Of a stretch of DNA of 21,633 nt, positions 8,805 to 15,703 are shown piece by piece. The first letter of the stretch is position 1. Every line of letters starts with the position of its first letter. A program made the translations under genes and the position numbers. Below the pieces are notes generated by a model. That model saw nothing but the letters and a program-made list of their open reading frames with translations. It was not told the origin of the DNA and searched no databases. This DNA is from Candidatus Sericytochromatia bacterium (GTDB lineage Bacteria > Cyanobacteriota > Sericytochromatia > S15B-MN24 > JAQBPE01), in assembly GCA_035285125.1 (NCBI GenBank), contig JAYKHR010000151.1:1-21633 (forward strand). The letters are read 5' to 3'.

Positions 8805-10157
8805 ATGCGCTTGAAGCCTGTTTCGTCCCTTTCGTTGATCGTGCTGCTCGGCCTGACGATGGCCCTCGGCACGCCGGAAGCCGCCGCGTGCAACAAGGCC
8901 CCCATCTCCGACGAGGCCTTCGAGGCCTTCGTGGAGGACGGCTACTTTCGCGACCGCCAGGGCGACTACCGTGGCGCCATCGAGCACTTCCAACGCGCGA
9001 TGGTCATGCGCCCCACCAACCGCAAGGTGCGCTACCTGATCGCCAACACCTACTGGCGCGACAACCAGTGGACCAACGCCCGCTTCGCCTGGGAGACCCT
9101 GCTGCGCATGAACCCGGACGACAAGGACGGCAAGGAGGCCACGACCTGGCTGCGCGACTACGCCAAGGAGGCCTGGGTGCCGAGCGTGGAGACCGTCGCC
9201 GGGGGGGGCGCCGGCTACGTCGACGGCCCTGCTCGCCAGGCGCGCTTCCGCAACCCCAACGGGATGGCCGTGGCGGCCAGCGGCAACGTGTACGTGACGG
9301 ACACCGGGAACCACCGCATCCGGCGGCTCACGCCGGACGGCCGCGTGACGACGGTGGCCGGCACCCAGGAGCCGGGCTGGGAGGACGGCCCCGCGCGTCA
9401 GGCCCGCCTGTACGCCCCCGTGGGCGGGGCGCTCGATCCGGCCGGCAACTACTTCTTCGCCGACGGCACGCGCATCCGGTTCCTCACGCCGTCCGGCATG
9501 GTGGGCACGCTCGCCGGTGACTACCAGGGCGGCTGGGGCGACGGAGGCCCGGGGATGGGCCGGTTCGCCAAGCCGATCGCCGTGACGGCCGACTGGCGCG
9601 GCCATGTTGTCGTCTCCGACAACGGCACGGCCATTCGCCTGGTCGCGCCGGATGGCACGGTGCGCACGGTCGCTGGCGGCCTCGAGCCCGGCTGGGCAGA
9701 CGGCGTCGGCACCGCGGCTCGCTTCCGCTACGTCACGGCGATGCGCATGCTCGACAAGAACAACGTCCTGATTGTCGATACGGGCAACAACCGCCTGCGC
9801 GAGCTCAACCTCGTCTCCGGCAACGTGAAGACCCACCCGGGCTGCAGCCAGGCGGGCTACCTCGACGGGCCGCTGGAGGTCGCCCACTGGCGCGAGCTCA
9901 GCGGCGTCGCCATCGATTCGTACGGCAACATGCTCGTCTCGGACGGTGGCAACCGGGCCATTCGCCGGATCAGCCTCGGGCGAGACGTGCAGACGATCGC
10001 GGGCGGCTACTCCAACGGGGCGCCTCGCGACGGCGCCGGGATAACGGCGCGCTTCGGCGAGCCCTCAGAGCTCTCGATGCACGGCAACTCGCTGTACATC
10101 CTCGACCGCCGGCACCACGCCGTGCGTCGCCTCCAGCTGGGGCGGATGTTCAACTGA
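8805..10157 (+). CDS. Secreted TPR + NHL-repeat (beta-propeller) protein (450 aa)
   Basis: GAGGA RBS and a signal peptide ending AAA-C. TPR-like helices (GDYRGAIEHFQRAMVMRP...YLIANTYW...LLRMNP) and about 6 repeats of the type TVAG...DGPARQARFxxPxGxAxxxxGxxYVxDxGNHRIRR. Confidence 0.85.
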   Translation: MRLKPVSSLSLIVLLGLTMALGTPEAAACNKAPISDEAFEAFVEDGYFRDRQGDYRGAIEHFQRAMVMRPTNRKVRYLIANTYWRDNQWTNARFAWETLLRMNPDDKDGKEATTWLRDYAKEAWVPSVETVAGGGAGYVDGPARQARFRNPNGMAVAASGNVYVTDTGNHRIRRLTPDGRVTTVAGTQEPGWEDGPARQARLYAPVGGALDPAGNYFFADGTRIRFLTPSGMVGTLAGDYQGGWGDGGPGMGRFAKPIAVTADWRGHVVVSDNGTAIRLVAPDGTVRTVAGGLEPGWADGVGTAARFRYVTAMRMLDKNNVLIVDTGNNRLRELNLVSGNVKTHPGCSQAGYLDGPLEVAHWRELSGVAIDSYGNMLVSDGGNRAIRRISLGRDVQTIAGGYSNGAPRDGAGITARFGEPSELSMHGNSLYILDRRHHAVRRLQLGRMFN

Positions 10158-10162
10158 CGCGG

Positions 10163-10189
10163 CGGCCCGGCCCGGCGTCGCTCGGGCCG
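10163..10189 (+). terminator. GC-rich hairpin after the TPR-NHL gene
   Basis: CGGCCCG (10163-69 or 10168-74) pairs with CGGGCCG (10183-89). The U-tract is weak. Confidence 0.35.
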
Positions 10190-10223
10190 ACGTGCCCCTT
10201 TGTCTGCGGCCCAGGTGCCGACC

Positions 10224-10232
10224 TGCTATGAT
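10224..10232 (+). promoter_or_regulatory. Extended -10 element (TGcTATGAT) for the DUF47 gene
   Basis: TGnTAnnAT match 26 nt upstream of the TTG start, with a GGAG RBS in between. Confidence 0.6.
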
Positions 10233-10258
10233 GGGCTGCGTTCATCGGAGCCTGTGCG

Positions 10259-10888
10259 TTGCCATTCAACCCCTTCTCTCGCTCGTCCGACGAGCTCTTT
10301 CGTCACCTTGCCGACCTCGGCGCGAACCTGGAGGAGACCCTCTTCAGGTTCGAGTACATGGTGACCCACTGGGACGAGCGCGAAGGGCGTTTTCAGGCCA
10401 TCCGCGAGGGGGAGCACGAGGGCGACCGGCTCCTCCGCGAGCTGCAGGAGTACCTCAAGGAGACCTTCTTTGTCCCCGGGGACCGGGAGGCCATCTACGC
10501 CCTGACGGCGGAGCTCGACGACATCGTCGACTGGGCCCTCAAGATCTCCGACACGCTGCTGATGTACCGGGTGGACACGCCCCCGGAGGCCTTCTTGAAG
10601 ATGGTCGTCATCCTGCGTGACTGCTGCACCAACCTGCGGCAGGTGCTGGAGCGCCTGCCCCAGCGCCACCTGCGCAAGGAAATCGACGAGGCCTGCCTGC
10701 GCGTCGTGGCCCTGGAAGACCAGGCCGACGACGTCTACCGGCAGGGCCTCGAGGTGCTCTTCGACGAGCCGTCCGATCTGCTGGCGCTGCTCAAGTGGAA
10801 GGACATCCTCGATCAGACGGATGACGCCGTGGACCACGCCAACCACGTGGCCTACCGGCTGATGCAGCTCAACGCCGCGCTCCACTGA
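10259..10888 (+). CDS. DUF47 / PhoU-like phosphate transport regulator family protein
   Basis: All-helical 209 aa with family motifs EHEGD, L..TFFVPGDREAIYALTAELDDIVD, LEDQADDVYR...LF and LLKWKDILD...DAVD. Confidence 0.88.
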   Translation: MPFNPFSRSSDELFRHLADLGANLEETLFRFEYMVTHWDEREGRFQAIREGEHEGDRLLRELQEYLKETFFVPGDREAIYALTAELDDIVDWALKISDTLLMYRVDTPPEAFLKMVVILRDCCTNLRQVLERLPQRHLRKEIDEACLRVVALEDQADDVYRQGLEVLFDEPSDLLALLKWKDILDQTDDAVDHANHVAYRLMQLNAALH

Positions 10889-10902
10889 CGCGCACGCTGG
10901 GC

Positions 10903-12564
10903 TCAGAACAACACGTCGTCCTCGCGCACGCGCGGCTCCTGGACCTTCACCAGGCTTCGCCCCCCGACCGGCTCTGACCCGGTCGGGGCCTCGAGCGGCA
11001 CGAGGTCAATGCGCCGCAGCCCGTTCTTGTCGAGCACCACGCGGATCCGCCTCAGCACCGGCTGCTGCAGGCGGCGGGCCCCGTCGCGGCGCGTCAGACG
11101 GAAGACGACGTTGAGGTGGTACACCTTGGGGGCGCGCAGCCGGCAGAAGATGCGGCTGTCGGTGTCGTAGAACTGCACCCGGGAGGTCGGGTTGTCCAGC
11201 CTCGCGAGCAGCGACTCCACGTTGAAGCGCAGGATATGCTTGATGTGGGTGCGGCGCTGGTGCACGGAGAGGATGTCCCGCGCATACAGCTTCAGGTCGT
11301 TGCGGTACAGGATCACCGTCTCTTTGCGCTCGGAGTCGAGGTCCACCACGTGCGAGAAGTTGCGGGCTCCAAGCACGTCGGGGGGCACGTCATCCTTGGC
11401 CATGAACCGCACCTTCTCGAGGCAGCGCCCCACCTCCGAGGTGGTCGAGGGGTCTCGGATGGTCAGGCGGTTGTCGGGGAAGTAGTGCGAGACGTGCTCC
11501 CAGACGTACTCGCGCAGCACCTCCTTCATGCGGTCCTTCGCCACGTAGAACATCGCGAAGAACGTCAGGGCGATCCAGAGGCTGTGCTGGTAGAGCGGCA
11601 GCGTCACGCTGCGATCGGTGTAGCCGGCGAAGACCGCCGCGAAGGTCGCGCCCAGCATGGCGGCCAGGTTGCGCCAGCGGTTGGTCTGCTGCACCGTGCG
11701 CACGTCGAGGAACAGCACCTGCTCGACCAGCTTCTTGAGGGCGCCGGAGCGGTAGGTGTACAGCGCCAGGGCCTGCTCGTCTCCAGGCGACAGGGGCACA
11801 TACCCCTGACGCCGCCGGTGCTCCGTCTCTTCCTGGGCCGTTTGTTGCACGAGGTCGGCGACGGTGTCGAGCCTGACGGGGGCCTCCCAGGCGCCCGTCA
11901 GGCTGAAGTTCAGGGCTGCCAGCGTGTGGTCGAAGCGGTAGGTCAGGAACTCGTCCACGTGTCCCAACGTCTGCAGCACGGCAGCCGGCACGCGCCCGTC
12001 GAAGCTGCGGTAGTCTGCCAGCAAGCCACGGTAGCGTGCCAGCACCTCGGCGACGCTGTGCACCATGTCGCTGGCCAGGCCTTCCAACTCCCGCCAGGGG
12101 CCGGGATCCGCCTGGGCCCTGGCGCGCTCCAGCTGCTGCTCCACCGCCCGCAGCCGCAGGCGCATGGCCTGGCTCAACACGGTGCCGAACAGGCGCGCCT
12201 CGGCACCTGCCGCCTCCTCTTCAAGCGGCACGCCCATGGCCAGGCGCTTGAGCAGGAACGAGAGCGCGTTGAGGGGCGACTGCCGGTCCAGTGGGTCGAG
12301 CAGGGTGTCTTCGGAGATGTCGGGCGTCTTGAAGCGGTAGTAGGCATGAAGGTTCCTGTAGAACTCTTCACGCGGCAGGTTCAGGGCCGTGACGCCCATG
12401 TTCGACGGGAAGAAGTAGTAGGCCTCGACGCGGTAATGCTCGTAGGCCTGCCCATGCGTGAGGTGCTCGGGGGCGATGTCGTAGGTGAACTGCACCTCGA
12501 ACTGCGAGCGATCGTGCAGCGCCACGTGGGCGTCGATTCCCTCGAGGCCGTTGTCGTGCCACAT
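10903..12564 (-). CDS. Uncharacterised protein (553 aa), large soluble domains flanking two predicted TM helices
   Basis: Natural-looking protein from ATG 12564 (MWHDNGLEG...). Hydrophobic segments NLAAMLGATFAAVFAGY and LWIALTFFAMFYVA. No catalytic motif recognised. Confidence 0.8.
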   Translation of the reverse strand: MWHDNGLEGIDAHVALHDRSQFEVQFTYDIAPEHLTHGQAYEHYRVEAYYFFPSNMGVTALNLPREEFYRNLHAYYRFKTPDISEDTLLDPLDRQSPLNALSFLLKRLAMGVPLEEEAAGAEARLFGTVLSQAMRLRLRAVEQQLERARAQADPGPWRELEGLASDMVHSVAEVLARYRGLLADYRSFDGRVPAAVLQTLGHVDEFLTYRFDHTLAALNFSLTGAWEAPVRLDTVADLVQQTAQEETEHRRRQGYVPLSPGDEQALALYTYRSGALKKLVEQVLFLDVRTVQQTNRWRNLAAMLGATFAAVFAGYTDRSVTLPLYQHSLWIALTFFAMFYVAKDRMKEVLREYVWEHVSHYFPDNRLTIRDPSTTSEVGRCLEKVRFMAKDDVPPDVLGARNFSHVVDLDSERKETVILYRNDLKLYARDILSVHQRRTHIKHILRFNVESLLARLDNPTSRVQFYDTDSRIFCRLRAPKVYHLNVVFRLTRRDGARRLQQPVLRRIRVVLDKNGLRRIDLVPLEAPTGSEPVGGRSLVKVQEPRVREDDVLF

Positions 12565-12766
12565 GGCCGTAGCTCGCTTTCCGCCGCCGCTCGGAGGCTC
12601 GCCCCGCCCCCCTCTGTTCATATGCCCAGGCCCGCCCGCCTTATCGCGACGCGGATAAGATCGTCGGAAGCCACGAGTCACGCCGTGCAAGGGGGCGTTC
12701 TGGCCTTGGCCTCGGGGGGCTATCATCGCCGCGGGGGCATGGGGACGGCTCCCGTGGGAGGGTGCG

Positions 12767-13297
12767 ATGCGGTGCGGAGGCGGGGCCCCTTGGGCCCAGG
12801 GGCGGAGGGTCACGCTGGCGGCGGTCGGCGCCGGGTTGGCGCTCCTGTGGGGCGTGCCCGCCTCGGCGCAGGTGGGGATGACGCGGGCCGAGTTCGAGGC
12901 CATCAGCGGCGAGGCGGTCGATCGATACAAGGCGGCCGATGGTGAGGAGGGCCTCATCTACCGGGACGTCTGGGTCTCGGAGCGCTCCAAGAAGCAGTTC
13001 GCCGGCCGGACGGCGATCGAGCTCGGGCCGGACCAGCGCGTCGAGAAGGAGGTCTTCTTCTTCGATCAGCCGCTCACCAACTCGGGAGACGGGGCTGCTG
13101 ACGCCGTGGGGATCGCGCTCAACCTGCTGCCCCCCGGCACGCCGCGCACGGTGCTGGGCAGCGGCAGGCGCCCCTATGAGCACGGCTGGGTGCTCTGGTT
13201 CGACTACGGCTCAGGCCGCTACGTGAACTTCTTCCTCGACCCCGAGGAGACCCGCATCGAGGCGGTCGTCGGGGGCCAGGAGCCGGTTGCCATCTGA
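12767..13297 (+). CDS. Hypothetical secreted protein (176 aa)
   Basis: GGAGG RBS, TATCAT -10 at 12721-12726, signal peptide ending ASA-Q, mature start QVGMTRAEFEA and typical GC3 codon bias. Confidence 0.75.
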   Translation: MRCGGGAPWAQGRRVTLAAVGAGLALLWGVPASAQVGMTRAEFEAISGEAVDRYKAADGEEGLIYRDVWVSERSKKQFAGRTAIELGPDQRVEKEVFFFDQPLTNSGDGAADAVGIALNLLPPGTPRTVLGSGRRPYEHGWVLWFDYGSGRYVNFFLDPEETRIEAVVGGQEPVAI

Positions 13298-13306
13298 CGG
13301 TTGCGG

Positions 13307-13876
13307 TCAGGTCTTGGGGAGGCCGTCGGGCCGCTCCCGGGTCGGGAGGTCGGTCATGTAGCCGTGCTCGAGCGCGAAGTCGATCACGGCCCCGAGCTTC
13401 ACCCGGTACTGGCTGACCCGGAAGAGCAGCCCGGTGGCGGTGGGCGTCGCGTCCACGCCGGAGACGGGGGCGATGGCATCGAAACGGTCCGTGAACCCGC
13501 GGACGCGCGTCGTGAGGGCCTCGGCCCGGAGCCGTGCCGCGATGGCGTCCGTGGCGCGATCGAGGCGGGCGAGCGCGGGCGTGAGGCCCTCGCGGAGGCG
13601 CACCTCCTGCTCTGGCGTGAAGCGCCGCCCGCCAGGCGTGTTGAGCTTCAGCGCGGCGCAGGTCTCGTCGAGGGCCGCGAGGGCCGCGTGGGCTTGCAGG
13701 GTCACTGCCTTCACGAGTGCGGCGTCGGCGTCCGTGGCGCGCACCGCAGCCGCGGTGGGACCCCGACGGAGGCCCGGCTGGACCTGGAGGTTCCCGGGCT
13801 GGCCACAGCCGGCCAGCAACAGGCTGGCGAGGAAGGTCATCAGGACGCACAACGGAGCGACAGGGACGCTTGTCAT
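13307..13876 (-). CDS. Hypothetical lipoprotein
   Basis: Lipobox LLLAG-C followed by a helical-looking body. The start could alternatively be ATG 13840. Confidence 0.7.
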   Translation of the reverse strand: MTSVPVAPLCVLMTFLASLLLAGCGQPGNLQVQPGLRRGPTAAAVRATDADAALVKAVTLQAHAALAALDETCAALKLNTPGGRRFTPEQEVRLREGLTPALARLDRATDAIAARLRAEALTTRVRGFTDRFDAIAPVSGVDATPTATGLLFRVSQYRVKLGAVIDFALEHGYMTDLPTRERPDGLPKT

Positions 13877-13965
13877 ACCGCGTTGTCGCCCCGCAAGCCG
13901 GCCAACTTGCGTGCTGATTTAGTCCGTCCTTGGTAAGACCTTAGCCCCGTTTGAGCAGACCCGGC

Positions 13966-14667
13966 TCAGGCGCGCGCGGGGGGGGCCGTCGCGATGAGGT
14001 TCAGCACGGTGTCGAGCAGGCGGCGATCCGCCTCCGTCGCGCAGAGGTCCTCCACGGACTGCATCCGACCACCGGGCCCCACGTAGTCGAGGTAGCTCCG
14101 CCCGTCGGCCTCGCGCCGACCGAGGAACTGCAGCTTGCCCTGGCGGGCCATCAGGGCCGTGAGCAACTGCTTCAGCACGCCCTGCACGGTCTCTCCCGAG
14201 GCGCCGGTCGCCCCGGCGGGCGCGGAGGCCTCGGGTGCTCCGGCGTTCTCCTCCCCGGCTGCCCCATCGTCCCTCGCGGCCAGCCCCTCCAGGCGGCTCA
14301 GGAAGGTCGCCCTCCCCTCTGCCCACTGGTCGAGCAGGGTGCGGTGGCGGGCCAGCAGCGCCTCCTCCTGGGAGTGCAGCTCTCGCAGGCGGCGCACGCC
14401 GTTGCGGAGTTCCAATCGAGGGTCGTAGGGGCCCTCGCCCTGCCGCTCCTTGCGGAACTCTCGAAGGGTGTTGCCCGCATCGAGCCAGGCGCGCAAGCTT
14501 CGCAGCTGTTCGACGTCCTCGTCGCTGAAGACGCGATGCCCCTCGGCGTTGCGGCGCACCTCCCAGCTCATGTAGGCCACCCAGGTGCGAACCAGTGAGG
14601 GCGAGATGCCGAGGTCCCTCGCCACCTCAGAGGTGCTCCACTCCCGTCCCATCGTGCTGTCGTCCAT
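13966..14667 (-). CDS. MerR-type HTH DNA-binding protein with coiled coil (RacA-like N-terminus)
   Basis: STSEVARDLGISPSLVRTW...RNAEGHRVFSDEDVEQLRSL is a MerR_1-type wHTH. It is followed by a heptad-rich coiled coil, an Ala/Gly linker and a small C-terminal domain. GAGGAG upstream. Confidence 0.82.
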   Translation of the reverse strand: MDDSTMGREWSTSEVARDLGISPSLVRTWVAYMSWEVRRNAEGHRVFSDEDVEQLRSLRAWLDAGNTLREFRKERQGEGPYDPRLELRNGVRRLRELHSQEEALLARHRTLLDQWAEGRATFLSRLEGLAARDDGAAGEENAGAPEASAPAGATGASGETVQGVLKQLLTALMARQGKLQFLGRREADGRSYLDYVGPGGRMQSVEDLCATEADRRLLDTVLNLIATAPPARA

Positions 14668-14743
14668 CGGGTGCGCCCGGGCTCCTCTGCTTGATCTGGG
14701 GCTGAACCGCCCGTTAGCTTAACATAAGACCAGAGTCAGCGGA

Positions 14744-15691
14744 TCACCCGCTGCGTGGCCCGGACGCAGTCGGCCCCTCCGCCGCAGCCTCACCGGGGCC
14801 GGCCCCCTCGGCCCGCCAGCCGCGCGTCAGCTCAGCGGCTGCCGCCCGAAAGGCTCGCGCGACGCGCCATTGCGCCAACGGAGATGTCTTGAATTGCACC
14901 CTGATCACGTAGCCGTCCTCCTTCAGGGTCTCCACCCCCGCGACCTCGGGGGCCTCGAGCACGTCGGTCGATGCCGCCACCGCCGCGGCCGCCCGCTGCA
15001 GGGCAGCGGTGGCCTCTCCGGGTGTGACGTGAAGCGGCACGGCCACGTCCACGACGGCCCGGGCCCACTGCTTGGAGTGGTTGACCACGGTGGTGATCTG
15101 GCCGTTCGGCAGCGTGATCACAGCGCCTTGGCTGCTGCGGAGTTGCGTGATGCGCAGGTTCATGCGCTCGACCAACCCCTTGTGGCCGCCCGCCTCGACC
15201 ACGTCGCCGACGCCATACTGGTCCTCCATGATGATGAAAAACCCGCTGATGACATCCTTCACCAGGCTCTGAGCGCCGAAGCCCACCGCCAGGCCAATGA
15301 TGCCCGCGGAGGCCAGCACGGGGGCGACGTTCACGCCGAGCCTGGCCAGGGCCATCGTCACCGCGATGAACACGATCGAGGCCTTGCCCACGCTCCGCAG
15401 GATGGCCCCGCCCGTTTTGATGCGCTGGGCCAGCCGGCGCGCGGCGTCGTCGGGCAGCTTCGTCTCGAAAGCGCCGAAAGAGCCCGTGACCAGCCAGTCC
15501 CAGGTCTTGATGGCAGCCCAGGCGAGCACCCCGATGAGCACCAGGCTCCAGGCCGCTTGCCAGAGCCACAGCGCTGCCTCGTGCGCGAGTTGTCGATCCA
15601 GCGGCGTCTGCCCCGTGAGCAGCGCCGTGACCTCGGGGGCCAGCAGGGGCAGCGCGCCGGAGGCCTGAAGGGTCGCAGTGGGGTCCGACAT
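14744..15691 (-). CDS. Small-conductance mechanosensitive channel (MscS family)
   Basis: LASAGIIGLAVGFGAQSLVKDVISGFFII.EDQYGVGDVV, GLVERMNLRITQLR, LPNGQITTVVNHSK.W. Three TM helices. Confidence 0.95.
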   Translation of the reverse strand: MSDPTATLQASGALPLLAPEVTALLTGQTPLDRQLAHEAALWLWQAAWSLVLIGVLAWAAIKTWDWLVTGSFGAFETKLPDDAARRLAQRIKTGGAILRSVGKASIVFIAVTMALARLGVNVAPVLASAGIIGLAVGFGAQSLVKDVISGFFIIMEDQYGVGDVVEAGGHKGLVERMNLRITQLRSSQGAVITLPNGQITTVVNHSKQWARAVVDVAVPLHVTPGEATAALQRAAAAVAASTDVLEAPEVAGVETLKEDGYVIRVQFKTSPLAQWRVARAFRAAAAELTRGWRAEGAGPGEAAAEGPTASGPRSG

Positions 15692-15703
15692 GGTGGCTCT
15701 CGC

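Noticed and set aside
7509..9887. Apparent 882-aa and 758-aa overlapping fusion proteins
   Set aside because: Each extension is only the antisense read-through of the divergent neighbour. The real starts are 8805 (+) and 8672 (-), supported by RBS/-10 elements.
9180..10140. Repeated DNA segments as a CRISPR or tandem array
   Set aside because: They are degenerate in-frame NHL protein repeats, with no identical repeat-spacer structure and no cas genes.
1238..10891. Recurrent TGACGC near gene ends (1238, 7601, 10155, 10886) as RacA ram-like sites
   Set aside because: Mostly a TGA stop followed by GC-rich bases. None forms a full 14-bp palindrome.
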